The notes under the pieces were generated by a model. The model was given only the letters and a program-made list of their open reading frames with translations, was not told the origin of the DNA and did not search any database. A stretch of DNA of 60,304 nt, the filler included, from Catajapyx aquilonaris (Eukaryota), in NCBI GenBank assembly GCA_000934665.2. It is 3 parts of 3 records of this genome, joined end to end, with 100 filler letters (N's around TTAATTAATTAA, not from the genome) between each part and the next. Parts side by side here need not be neighbours in the genome. Positions count along the whole stretch, not along the records: positions 40,283 to 60,304 come from KZ539517.1; 2 more parts are not named here. The stretch is one strand, 5' to 3'. Within the stretch, counting starts at the first letter, position 1. Each line of letters begins with the position of its first letter. Positions 40,503 to 51,715 of this stretch are shown piece after piece. Position numbers and translations under genes: made by a program.

Positions 40503-41523
40503 GGTGTGTTCAAATGAAACAAAGTGAGGAAATATATCTCTGGAGTTATTTTTCTCAGCTGAGTGCTAGTGGTATCTCTTGTGAGTAGGCACTTGCATGG
40601 CTAATTTTCATGCAGAGTAGTTAGTAGTCAGTATGGCTTTAGTGGGCAGGAGAGCATTTTGTGTGTCTCCCAGGGCTATGGATTCGTCCAAACATATGCA
40701 TGGCTTGCCATCATCCTTTTTCCTCATCAAGGAAGGAACTGCACCAGTGGACTGGACATTGTCCACTGGATGCAGAAGGTGCATGGAAATGTCTGTTTCG
40801 ACCACAAGACTCTTCAAAAGGTGCAGGGAATTTCTGTTCAGATATGTGTGGGTGGAGGACCTTTTGAGATAACATTTCCTTAGGGCCATTTTCTCGAACA
40901 GTGGTTCAAATGTAAACCCGGTTCAAAGCCGATTTAACCCTTGACAACAGGCTAACAACAATCAAATCAGGGGTTAAACTGGCTTTGAACCCGGTTTACA
41001 TTTGAACCACTGTTTGAGAAAACGGCCCTTAGTGGTTTTCTGCACCAATCTGTCCACCATTGTGTTTTGGTTGAAGCAGGCAGTCCCACACGCCCTTGGC
41101 ATCCAATGGACAATGTCCACTGGTGAAGTTCCTTTCTTGGTGAGGAAAAAGGATGATAGCGAACTGTGCCTGCTTGGACTAAAGGCCATTTCGCAAAAAA
41201 ATGTAGCGCGGCAAACGGCGCGACTTGCGGCAAATTTTTATTTATATTTATTGTTGCCAACAATTGGCAACAATAAATATAAATAAAAAATTTGCCGCAA
41301 GTCGCGCCGTTTGCCGCGCGACATTTTTTTGTGAAATGGCCTTAATCCATACCCCAGGGAGACGTGCGTAAAATGCTCTCCTGTCCACTAAATGCATACT
41401 GACTACTAACTACTCTGCATGAAAATTAGCCATGCAAGTGCCTACTCAGAGATACCACTAGCACTCAGCTGATACAAATATCTCCTGAAATATTGCCTCA
41501 CTTTATGTTTCATTTGAACACCC
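40503..41523. mobile_element. Large palindromic element containing two PIF/Harbinger (Tourist)-type MITEs (40883-41028, TSD TTA; 41183-41342, TSD TAA)
   Basis: Outer arms GTGTTCAAATGAAAC...GGAGAGCATTTT and AAAATGCTCTCC...CATTTGAACAC; inner elements GGGCC..GGCCC and AGGCC..GGCCT with 3-bp TWA duplications. Confidence 0.85.
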
Positions 41524-41529
41524 CATATA

Positions 41530-42262
41530 CAGGGTGGGGCAAAAGTCATGGGCAGATAAAAACGACCCAGCATGGGGTAAGTAACGAATGATTATATATT
41601 TTTTAAATTACACTACACAGAGAAAGATATGCCATTTACGGATCAAGGTCCAAAAAAGTCACTTCTTGAAAACAACACCGAATAGATGTCCACCTTTGCG
41701 GGCATCACATTCCTCCAAGCGCCTGACGAAACCCTTCATAAAGCTCTCCAGCATGTCCAGGGGAATGTTTCTCACAGCGTGTCTTATCTGATCCTTAAGA
41801 TCAGCCAATGACTGAGGACGTGTGGCGACCACCAAACTCTTCAGGTACCCCCACAAGAAGAAGTAGGGGGTGGTCAAATCCGGCGACCGCGCGACCATGG
41901 AATGTCCCCAAATCTTGAAATGACCCACCCACAGGAAACACTTGACTTTTAATTTCTTTGGTGTTCACCACACATCCTCAGTCATTGGCTGATCTTATGG
42001 ATCAGATAAGACATGCAGTGAGAAACATTCCCCTGACATGCTGGGGCGCGTTATGAAGGGTTTCGTCAGGTGCTTGGAGGAATGTGTTGCCTGCAAAGGT
42101 GGACGTCTATCCGGTGTTGTTTTCAAGAAGTGACTTTTTTGGACCGGGATCCATAAATGGCATATCTTTCTCTGTGTAGTGTAATTTTGTTGAAATATAA
42201 TCAGTCTTTACTTACACCATGCTGCGTCGTTTTTATCCGCCCATGACTTTTGCCCCACCCTG
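41530..42262. mobile_element. Tc1/mariner fold-back derivative whose arms carry the transposase C-terminus
   Basis: TIR CAGGGTGGGGCAAAAGTCATGGGC; arms of ~290 bp; ARSPDLTTPYFFLWGYLKSLV..LKDQIRHA..RLEEC..KGGHL. Confidence 0.88.
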
Positions 42263-42486
42263 GTACATTCTAATATTCAGTATCTGTAAGCTTCCCTTCT
42301 TAGTTCTTTCTCTAGTAAAACTCCTCTATTGCCTCTATTATGAAAGCAAGTCACGTGATGCAGAAGGTAACAATATCAAAACTTTTTTCTAAACGGATGG
42401 CCAGACTACTACACCAATTTGACCAAAACTCACCGTTATCCTTGAGGGTGGATGTCCAGAAGCTCTTTTGATGCCACACCTAACCA

Positions 42487-42557
42487 CTGGGGTTGCTTTG
42501 CAGATGCACTGCACTCCATTCAACTGCACCGTGCAATGCAACTACAATGCACCCCAG
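42487..42557 (-). ncRNA. mir-33: pre-miR-33 (5p at 42552-42532)
   Basis: GTGCATTGTAGTTGCATTGCA on the minus strand matches miR-33a-5p as I recall it. It pairs with GTGCAGTGCATCTGCAAAGCA; basal stem CTGGGG/CCCCAG. It lies sense within an SREBP intron. Confidence 0.96.
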
Positions 42558-42612
42558 GAGCCGGAACAAACAAACCCTGCAAACAAGAAGCCGATCCAGA
42601 TATTGTACCCAC

Positions 42613-45600
42613 CTGTATCAAAGTTGCATTTGCCAAGTTTCCTCCATGTCCAACCAGTGCCAAGCTCTCCTGAAGGAGAGATGAAGCATGATGGAGTCGG
42701 TGAAGCACAGTGGCAGGAGGCAAGCCAGCCAGCAGGGCTCTTCTGGACCTGAATGCTGCCAGCAAGGCACGGGGAAGAGGCTCCGACTGGCTGCACTCTT
42801 TCAGCAGTGACGGGAGAGATTCAGCACTACTGTACAGCTTCTCAGCCTGTGAATCCTCTCCTAGAAGCCAGTAAGCTGCCACTCCCACAAGAGATGCCCA
42901 CCACAAGGCAACCTCATCTTTTCCTGTAACAATTAAATTGTGAAATCAGCGTAACATTATGCCTCTATGCATAACAAGAAAATAGCTCTAAATGTCCACT
43001 CTAGTGCTAAATCTGAAAGCACTCTTACGTGTGATTTGAATTGTGGTTGTGTTGACACCAGATGCAAAGTTGTCAGGGACTCCTGCTGTGGACGCACTAT
43101 CCATGAGCAGGTGCACATACGTCAAGGCATCACTGGTCTGCAACTTGCGCATGGGTTCCTCATCACATGCATCACCTGTTCGGCTGCCAGGCATCAGGAG
43201 GGTGAGCACAGCCTTCTCCAAAAGGTGCTCACGGTATACCTGTCAACACACGAGTGGTCATTTTGTTATTATTTGTGCCACATTATTTTAATATAACTCT
43301 CGTCCAAAAATAATTAGATGTTAGCATTTGATGTACCACTAACCTGCATAACATACGATAGAGGGTCGACTCTAGACTCGCTGGAACTGAAGAGAGGTGG
43401 GGAGGAGACAGAAGCTCCCTGATCGAAAACCCATTTGTGTGCCAGGAAGAACCTGTGCCCATAAGGTGCCAGTAACCACTGAAGCCTGGGGGCCTGCAGG
43501 CCAGATCCAAATCCAATACATGCCTTCTTGGCCTGCTTCAGCAGCCCACGATTTGCCCACTGCAGGAAGGATGGATAGCTTTCTTTCACTCTGAGCGCTG
43601 CAGTGACGTAGAGCTCAGCCAGGAAAGCACCTCCTACATGGAAAAATATCCATTGTTTATTTGTTTGCTTTGGTGTTACTTTGCCAATCTATGATTTCCA
43701 CATTTCTGTGTCACAGGTACACGCCATGTTTTTAATTTTTTTCTTAAATACACAAATAATGGCATATTACTCTTACCATCTCTGGTAGCCTCTTCCCCAG
43801 CTATCTCTGCCATATTGAGAGCAGCAGAGGCCAAGTAGGCTCCAAGTGCTTGACTCCTCTCTCCAGCCACTCCAGTAAGGTGCAGCTGATGGAGACGATG
43901 GTAGACCACAGCCACCTCTTTCAGGTGCTGCCTCAGATGCTTCCGGCTCACTCCGTCTGCAACCACTTTTCCAGCCAGCAGCCCAACCCTGCGACCCACC
44001 CACAGGCGGTGGAACACTGAGCGGATAATTTGCCAGGTCAGGCCCGTGGCCCTCTCCCAACTTGACTGGGGCAAAGGCCGACCAACACATTCCAGTGCTG
44101 CTGCAAGATGGTCCCAGGCAGATTGGTAATTATCCTGTAGCAGAAAAAAAGTGTTATTTACACAAGTGAGCTATAAAAAAATTTACTTTTAGTACATCTC
44201 TTTCTAAACCACCCTCATCTAGATTTAAAAATTTTTACCACTACTTTTGTAAATGTATGTGATAGTTTTTGTCACATACTCATAGTTGTTAAGGTAATAC
44301 TAACCTTGGCAAGATCAAAGTCAGCTTGCTTTCGGTACCGCCAGAAGTGCACTGCTGGTCCTGACTTGCTGTCCACCACTGGTTCTCCCCACACAAACAG
44401 CTTCAACATGCACAGCATCACAACTAGTAGATTGACAGCCCACATTCCAGCACTTTGCATCCAACCCCAAACTTCCACCTCTGGAGCTGTCAAAATAACG
44501 ACATTTAATATTCAGCTAGCTGCGAGTTAGCGAGTTTCCTTACCTTGGAATCCAAGTATGGTTCTTCCACCAACATTTCGGGATGTCTCATATGAAGCAG
44601 ATGATGAAGATAATGTTGGTAGAAGAGCGCCAAGAGGATTGAAGGCCAGAATGCCAAACAAAAAGACGCAAAGAACCAGACGAGTATGGTCCAACATTCC
44701 ATAGACAACCTTTGATGAGGAAGGAGCAGGACTGCCAGAAGACTCCATGCTTGAAGGTGACAGTGTCTAGAAAGAAATTGAACTTCATAAGTACAAATGT
44801 TTATCATGTGCACAGATGTCCACAACTTCCATCTGCATTTGTGGAATTTTGCCATACTGTAAAAATTTCGATCAAGTGATGTACAAATTTCTAGGAAGTG
44901 TTTCAACAACTTGTCAATCGGTTTTAAATTACAAGTTCGAGTCCCATTCCTGCAACCCAAACTAGTAATGTCACCCACCTCGTGCTTGAGAAAGTCATCA
45001 TCTGGGCTAGACGGCCTGGGTGAAGCATCGTCAGCCATTGAGGGTGAGGAAGCATCAGACCTGGGTGGTGTGAGATCTCCTCCACTGTGACCAGACATGA
45101 CTTCCACCCTCTGTTCTTGTTGTGGCTGTCCTCCCGTAATGAGATCCTGTAGGTTGGGCTTCTTTCCACCTCCCATCTTCAGTGCCAGGTTCTCCTGCTT
45201 GAGCCGGGCATTGGCCTGCTGCAGGAAATGGATGTATTCGATGGCCTTACGCAACACAGCAGATTTGTTCAGCTTCGAGTCCTGTCCTGCCACCATGCTC
45301 CGCAACTCCACTATCTTGTCATTGATGGAGGTGCGGTAACGACGCTCAATGGCATTGTGGGCACTTCTCTTGCCCTCCCTCATGCGAGGGGGCTCAGATC
45401 CACCACGGATTGCAGTTGCAGTAAAGGGGGATGCAGCAGAAGGGGAGGATGAAGGTGAAGTAGTGAATGAGAGGGAGGCTGGTGAAGCCAAACGGTGGAT
45501 GGGGAGGCGGTCTGTCTCTAGCATCAGAGGTATGCCTGTAGTTAGAATGGTACCTGAACCTGAAAATAACATAAGCAATCATAAAACACTGCTGGAAATG

Positions 45601-47736
45601 TGATTATTGAAAATCATCAAAATTTTCTAACAACTTCAGTAGAAAACTAAAGTGCAACTACTGAATTACCTGTATTGACCAGAGTATGAATTTGCGTTGC
45701 TGTGCCAGCTGTGGCACTGATACAACCAGTCACACTGCCAGTTCCTGTAACAGCCGTCAGTGGTGTAGTTGTTGTGTATGCCACCACAGTAGGTGCTGCT
45801 GCCAAGGCTGTCACTGGAGCCACCTCTGCCTTCAGGGTGGGGGTAACTGGTCCAGTCTGCAGCACCAACTGCTGCACCTGATCTGCTGGTAGTTGGCTCA
45901 GCTTCTCCAGTAGTTGCTTCTTCTGGTCCTGCAACTGCTGCTGGAGCTGAAACTGGATCTGTGAACCTTGGATAACTTGCTGAAGCAGTTGTTGTTGTTG
46001 CTGCTGTTGCTGTTGCGGCTGAGGTTGCGGCTGTACTTTTTGCAGTGGCCTTGGCTGCTGCTGACGAACCTGGATTTGTGGGCTAATCTGCACCATTGCT
46101 GGTCGTATTGTTGCAGGTTTCATCAGCATTGCTTTCAGCTCAGGTTGGGGATGCACCAGCTTCTGCGCGGGTGTCTCCTGGACATCCATGGGTTGGCTGC
46201 ATCGCTTTGGAGCCGTACGAATTGGGCTAGTTTGAGTGAAACTTTGCACCTGAACAGGTGCTTGTGGGAGATGCGCTGGACTGTGAGTTGCAGGGCTTGA
46301 AGGAAGGGATGCTTGTAGTTGCTGTTGTTGTGGTGGTGGCATCCCCATAAAGTCAATGTTGACATCCTCAGGATTAAGTAGAGTCTCATCTATGCATGAG
46401 AGTAGCGCCTCATCTGTCAGCAGGCTGCTGGCTTTGTTGAAAATGTCGTAATTTTGGAACATGTCTACAAATAGAGATTGGCTGGGTTATAATCAATCAA
46501 TTACAATGTGTTACGAATATCGTTTCATAATAATACTGCCTGCCAATTTCAGTCACTGTGTCATCAGGATTTATTACCATTGCATTTTAAACTGCAGGTG
46601 CAAGCTTTCGCTTGAAATAATTAATAATTATTGCATTGATGGTAAGGGCATTATGTGATGCGAGTTCATGGCACACAATTCATGTTGTCACCAATTATTA
46701 AGGGCCATGTTATAACTTGTCCTCTGGCCTTGAAACAAAAATAAATGGTTTAAGGGCACAGCCATCATCACTACAATAGGCAGTAACTTCTTAGAAAGAG
46801 AGCACTCCCCTCCTAACCTTCAGGGCACTGAGAAAGCCTGCCGGTTACAATTCATTATACAGTGAAATCGGCCTGTAATGGCCCCTAGATAAGGTGGAAA
46901 CTTGTCCGTCATTAAACATTTGTTTGGCCCTGGGCCACGCTTATCGATGCCTTTCTTTATACATAAAGGTAATTCGTCAGTGCAGATAATTTTAGCAGAA
47001 CTGAGTGACCCAGCTATGACTGCATGCATAATTTGTAAGTATTTCTGGCAGCATTGTTGTATTGTTATTGATCCAGCTACAAATCATTTACAAGGAGCAA
47101 TATTCTATGTCCAACGTACCACATTGGGATATCCCTAAAGGTTACAGTGCCTGCATTCACATTCTCCTATTACAACAGGCATAGTCATGTTAGATGCCAG
47201 TATGATTAAGCAGTCCATGTGAGATCCCACCTCAGGCACTATACAGTCATGCTTCATTGCAGTGTTCATATCTCATCATTGCCTAATTGCACATCCCATG
47301 TATGAAATTTTTTGAACCATGCACTAGTGACACTGTAGTAAACAATGTGACATGCTGCTGTTGGTGTGACAGCTGCTTGAAATACATCAGCCAATGACTT
47401 TTCAGTACTCCTAATGGCACCACCTCATTTCCTTCATTACTGAGCAAGTGCATTTTCCATAAGTGCACACTGCATACACCACCGCACACTGCAAACATCT
47501 GTGAAACAAGTAAATGGTGGTAGTACGCATGGTACGCTACACCTGACACCTCCACACAGTTGGCACCTGACCTTTTCCCTGAACATGACCTGTCCGTAGC
47601 CCCAATCCCTGCCCATACCATCGATATCGTCGATGTGGTTCATGCTGTAATCCGTCTGCATTCCGTCTCCTCCTGCAGCACCTTGGGAGGGGTCCGCCGT
47701 GCCGTCCGCCGTCGACCAGCCCCTGTCGTCCGCCAT
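42613..47736 (-). CDS. SREBP: Sterol regulatory element-binding protein, 3'-partial; exons 47736-47619, 46464-45670, 45559-44979, 44766-44544, 44486-44305, 44134-43777, 43633-43344, 43239-43029, 42923-42613
   Basis: N-terminal DDIDDMFQ; bHLH-Zip [24 protein letters not shown] with the SREBP-specific Tyr; DHTR-TM1-NP; S1P site RTIL; TM2; [30 protein letters not shown]. All junctions in frame. Final exons not found before the spacer. Confidence 0.97.
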
Positions 47737-47914
47737 CTTTGGACCGCCGTACCCGGTACGACACCCCTGCACCAACACACACGACTGTCCTCCTCCTCTC
47801 GAAAGTTGTGTTCCTTTTTTTCTCCCCCGCCTTCCCTTCTATCTTCTCTCCTTTTCGACTTGTCTCTTTCACCCTCGCCTGCCGCCTACCCCGTGTCCCA
47901 TCAGCCCATCGGAT

Positions 47915-48365
47915 CCGCCAACCAATCGCAGGAGAGGGAGTGGATCGGGTGATTTTACGTCACTAGACCCTCTGCGCCACACCTCCCCTTTCAGCCCTCC
48001 CTTCCCACCATCTACCCCACACACTACGTACGACGGACGGTCGAACACCTCATCCGATCTGCCGATGGGGTTGGCCGCCTCAGGACCTCCCGCTTCCTCA
48101 ATTCGGTCGAAATATGCGAAATTTCGGCACCAGTTTGCGTCAGCCTCGCTGCTTCTTTTTATACACCTCTGACTGTGACGTAATCATACGCTGGACTGTG
48201 ATTGGCTGATCAGGTCATGTGACCGGAATAGCCAATCACGATGCTGTTCGTCACGTGGCTCGGTAGCTATAATATTGGTCGCTGCGAAGAGTCACTCTGT
48301 GCCATTGGCTCCTGGGACGGTACCGTATATAGGCAGGCCACGCTAACTTGCCATTGACGTCAGCG
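47915..48365 (-). promoter_or_regulatory. Putative SREBP promoter
   Basis: TATAAAAA on minus (48156-48163); several CCAAT boxes (47922, 48201, 48232, 48274, 48304); CACGTG (48252); GTCATGTGAC (~48214); TGACGTCA (48355); SRE-like ATCACCCGAT on minus (~47944-47953); CpG-rich. Confidence 0.65.
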
Positions 48366-48624
48366 TTTCTCTTACCAACTCTCATGCCGAACGCACACCC
48401 TGGAATTTCCCTATTTTCAAGTGTCCATTGAGATATCCTCATGCCACAATTGGGAGTAAACAGTGTTCTTTTTGTTGACATTGTTTACTCATATGTTGTT
48501 GTGTGAGGGCATCTCCCGTGGCATCCCCATGGAAAGTGGGGTTCCAGGGGTTCGTTCGGCAGATTTCGGTTGTCTAGGAGAATATATTGGTAAACAAAAC
48601 GATGATGCCAATGGCCTTCCTATA

Positions 48625-49193
48625 CAGGGTGTTTATTGTAACTCTGCAAAGACTTGCAGGAGTAAGAGAGGGGACCAAGACAAGTATTTTTTGACATAGG
48701 AACCCGTGTCCGGAAACGCCATCTAGAGGGGGTTCATAGACAAGGAACTGGTGCGCTCAGACGCGTCACGTGAGAGGCGCTAGCCGAGCGGACTGTTTTG
48801 TTGGCAGATGGAGCTCGGATAGTAACCAACAATGCGATGTGCCATAACGTGGCAACAACAGAGTCATCTAGCAACTAAACTCGGCACTAAACTCCGCCTC
48901 CTAGGAGACGCGCGGAGAGTAAACAGCGCAACGGTTCTGTTGTTGACAGGTTATGGCGTATCGCGTTGTTGTTTTCTTACAACGACGCGATACGCCATAA
49001 CCTGGCAACATCTATCAACAAAACAGTCAGCTCGCCTAGCGCCTCTCGTGTGACGCGTCTGAGCGCACCCATTCCTTGTCTATGAACCCCCTCTAGATGG
49101 CGTTTCCTGACATGGGTTCCTATGTCAAAAATACTTGTCTTGGTCCCCTCTATTACCCCTGAAAGTCTTTGCAGAGTTACAATAAACACCCTG
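48625..49193. mobile_element. Tc1/mariner-type palindromic MITE, probably with a nested second palindrome (~48728-49092)
   Basis: TA-CAGGGTGTTTATTGTAACTCTGCAAAGAC...GTCTTTGCAGAGTTACAATAAACACCCTG-TA; inner GGGGGTTCATAGAC...GTCTATGAACCCCC flanked by TCTAGA. Confidence 0.85.
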
Positions 49194-49482
49194 TATATTT
49201 ACATTTTTAAGTCAACTTATATAAAAATTAAATTAAATTTTTAATTGGAAAATTCTGAACCGTGGCTGCTGTATTTATCAGCTAGATGGTTTCTTGCTGG
49301 AATGTGTCGTAAAAGCTTTGTACTGTGTGTGCAGTTACGTCAATCATAAATCAGCTAGGTGGTAGGGAGTAGTTTGGAGCCTGCATATTTTTTTCTTCTT
49401 CTTCAAACGGTTTGTTTATTGCTAGTCTGTGCTCAGCCCCTCCTGACATCACTCCTGCCCCTGCCCCTGTGAGCTTAGTTGC

Positions 49483-51715
49483 TCACCCCCACCCATCTGG
49501 ATTTTCTGATTTTGGTGATGCTGTAGCTCCAAGTGGAGGGGGATCAGCTTTTTCTTGCTGGGCTTGCAGAATTACATTCATAAGTTGTGTTTTCAAACGG
49601 AATTTTTTGTTTTCTGGCACTTTCTTGATTTCAGGAATCAGTGACATCATGAACAGTGTGTCAGGGTCACTTGCTGGGAATAACTGCTCTTTTCCTTGCT
49701 GTGCTACTTTTAGTTTGTGAACCTCTACCGATTCGTCGTGTTCGTCTTTCTTTTTGCGAGGACGTTTTGCCAGCCGTGGGGGACCAGGAGGGTTTTCTTC
49801 AATCAGCACTTGGGCAAATTGTTCAACACTCGCACTTTCTTCTTCCATGTTTGAGTCTGTTGAGCCGCATACTGATTCCAAAAAGCTAAGCTGCTCAAAG
49901 TAGATATACTGTCGTTTTCTACCCGAAGCAGTAAATCGTCCACTTTTCTCGCATTTCTGTTTGAGAAGTTCCCTACGGTAGCAGTCTCGTAGGCTTTTCC
50001 ATCGTCGGTGGAGCTGCTTACCTGCAGGAAAAAAAAACTATTTGTAATTTCACTTTATATGGTACCGGTATAACTATTTTAGGGGATGAATTTATTCTTA
50101 TGGTATACTTTTCTACAGGTATACAATCCTTCCCTAAAGTTTAGGACCACCCCATTCAGAGTTTTTAAAATTATTTCTCAAGCTTACACTTTTTTATTTG
50201 CTACTCCGTGCTGGAGCCATTGGCTCCCTTATGGGAGTGGAATACCACCATTTTTCTTCCGAATTTTCGTTCGCATTTTTCTCTCCGGTGCAGGGATCAG
50301 GATAGGGATTTGTGAGGAGGGGACACTGGTGCAAGTGCGTTGTCTTTATGTTGGGGGTCGTGTGCAGTCCCTCAGCGGGTCAGGTTGCAAGACAACCCCC
50401 AGGGTGCGGGTCCGAAACCTACCACCGACACCGCACCTCCCCTTGGATGAGTCAAGGATAGGAAAGGAAGGGGGCGGCGGTGGCCTATTATTTACGGAAG
50501 CGACCCCGGAATTTTCTTGGGAGGGCCGTGGGAAACCACAGAAAACCACGGTCAGGATCGCCGGCCACGGGACTCAAACCCAGGACCTCCCGATTAGCAG
50601 TCGGACGCCTTATCCACTCCAACCTGCTTCGGTATTCTCAACCTTTCAGTACGAATGGTTTTAACGAAGAGGTGCCTTCATGTTTGTGGCAGAATAAAGG
50701 ATTCAGACAATCGGCGTTTATACTGCGCCGGTATGGGGGGATATTCCTGAGTGTCAACAAAAAATATCTACAACTACAGGCTAACCAGGGCACGCAGGTA
50801 CATCGAATGTACGTAAATTCGGCATTCTTCCCAATAAAATGTAGGATTTTCCACAGACTGGGCTTTAGAGTCTAGACTCTATAGCCTCTAGACAGAGAAT
50901 TATTGTCTAGAATTCTAGATCATCAAAACATGCTGCCTTATACACAACTTTGTGCATGATTGTGATGGTGTCAAATTTGAAGACAGTTGAATATATTGTT
51001 AAAAGGTTCAATTACATGGAGCACTGCCCCAAGGAGGAAGGGTGACAAAAAAACAGGGGAAAGTCTGCACTAAAATACCTTTTCAGCCCTCATCAGGGCA
51101 AACTTCCTTGGCAAATGCAAAATATTGCTTAGCAAGTAAATTAAGGCTAGTGAGCTGTGTCTCTCTTGCCCCCCCCCCCCCCNNNNNNNNNNNCCCCCCC
51201 CCCTCCCACCCCCATGCAAATATTTAACATTAAACGAATTCAATGTTAAACAATGGAGAAAATGTTTATAAAAATGTTTGCACATATAGTTTGTCATGTT
51301 CAGTTGTCTTATCTGAAAAGCCGTACTGCTGTACTGATACAACAAATACACTAATATAAGAATATATCATTGGGGAAATTTTCAAAAATCTGATCAAAGA
51401 TTGCCAATTTTGAAATACTTAGAAATAAGCTCAAAAAACTACGTCAGTACAATGGAAAAGACAATGAACCTATATAGTACTGAAGTACTTACCAAGAAGG
51501 TTCTTTTCCAGACCATCTCTTCCCTCGAAATCAGTGTCGAATATGGCGCAGATCTCATTCCAAGCCCGTTCCGTGGCCACATTGTCCTTGTACTCGGCAG
51601 CTGATGAGTCCCAAATAGAGGGACGGGCCTCGATTTCGGTTATAAAATCTTCCACATCAATTTCTTCTACTAATCGCACTATCCACTGTGGGAAACCGCC
51701 CTTTCCTCGGGCCAT
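49483..51715 (-). CDS. MADF-BESS transcription factor; exons 51715-51493 and 50021-49483
   Basis: MADF: FITEIEARPSIWD....YKD.....AWNEI | ..RWKSLRDCYRRE..QYIYFEQLSFL. BESS: DPDTLFMMSLIPEIKKVPENKKFRLKTQLMNVI. Phase-1 junction in frame. Confidence 0.92.
50195..50630 (-). mobile_element. Composite SINE (family-D head, family-A-like body and tail) in the MADF-BESS intron
   Basis: 50460-50630 matches the 33060-33347 element; 50240-50345 matches the family-A body; stem-loop tail near 50200-50240. Confidence 0.75.

Noticed and set aside
51601..51628. Hammerhead-ribozyme-like CTGATGAGTCCCAAATAGAGGGAC
   Set aside because: It lacks the essential GAAA after stem II (it reads GGGC) and is the antisense of MADF codons ARPSIWDSSA.
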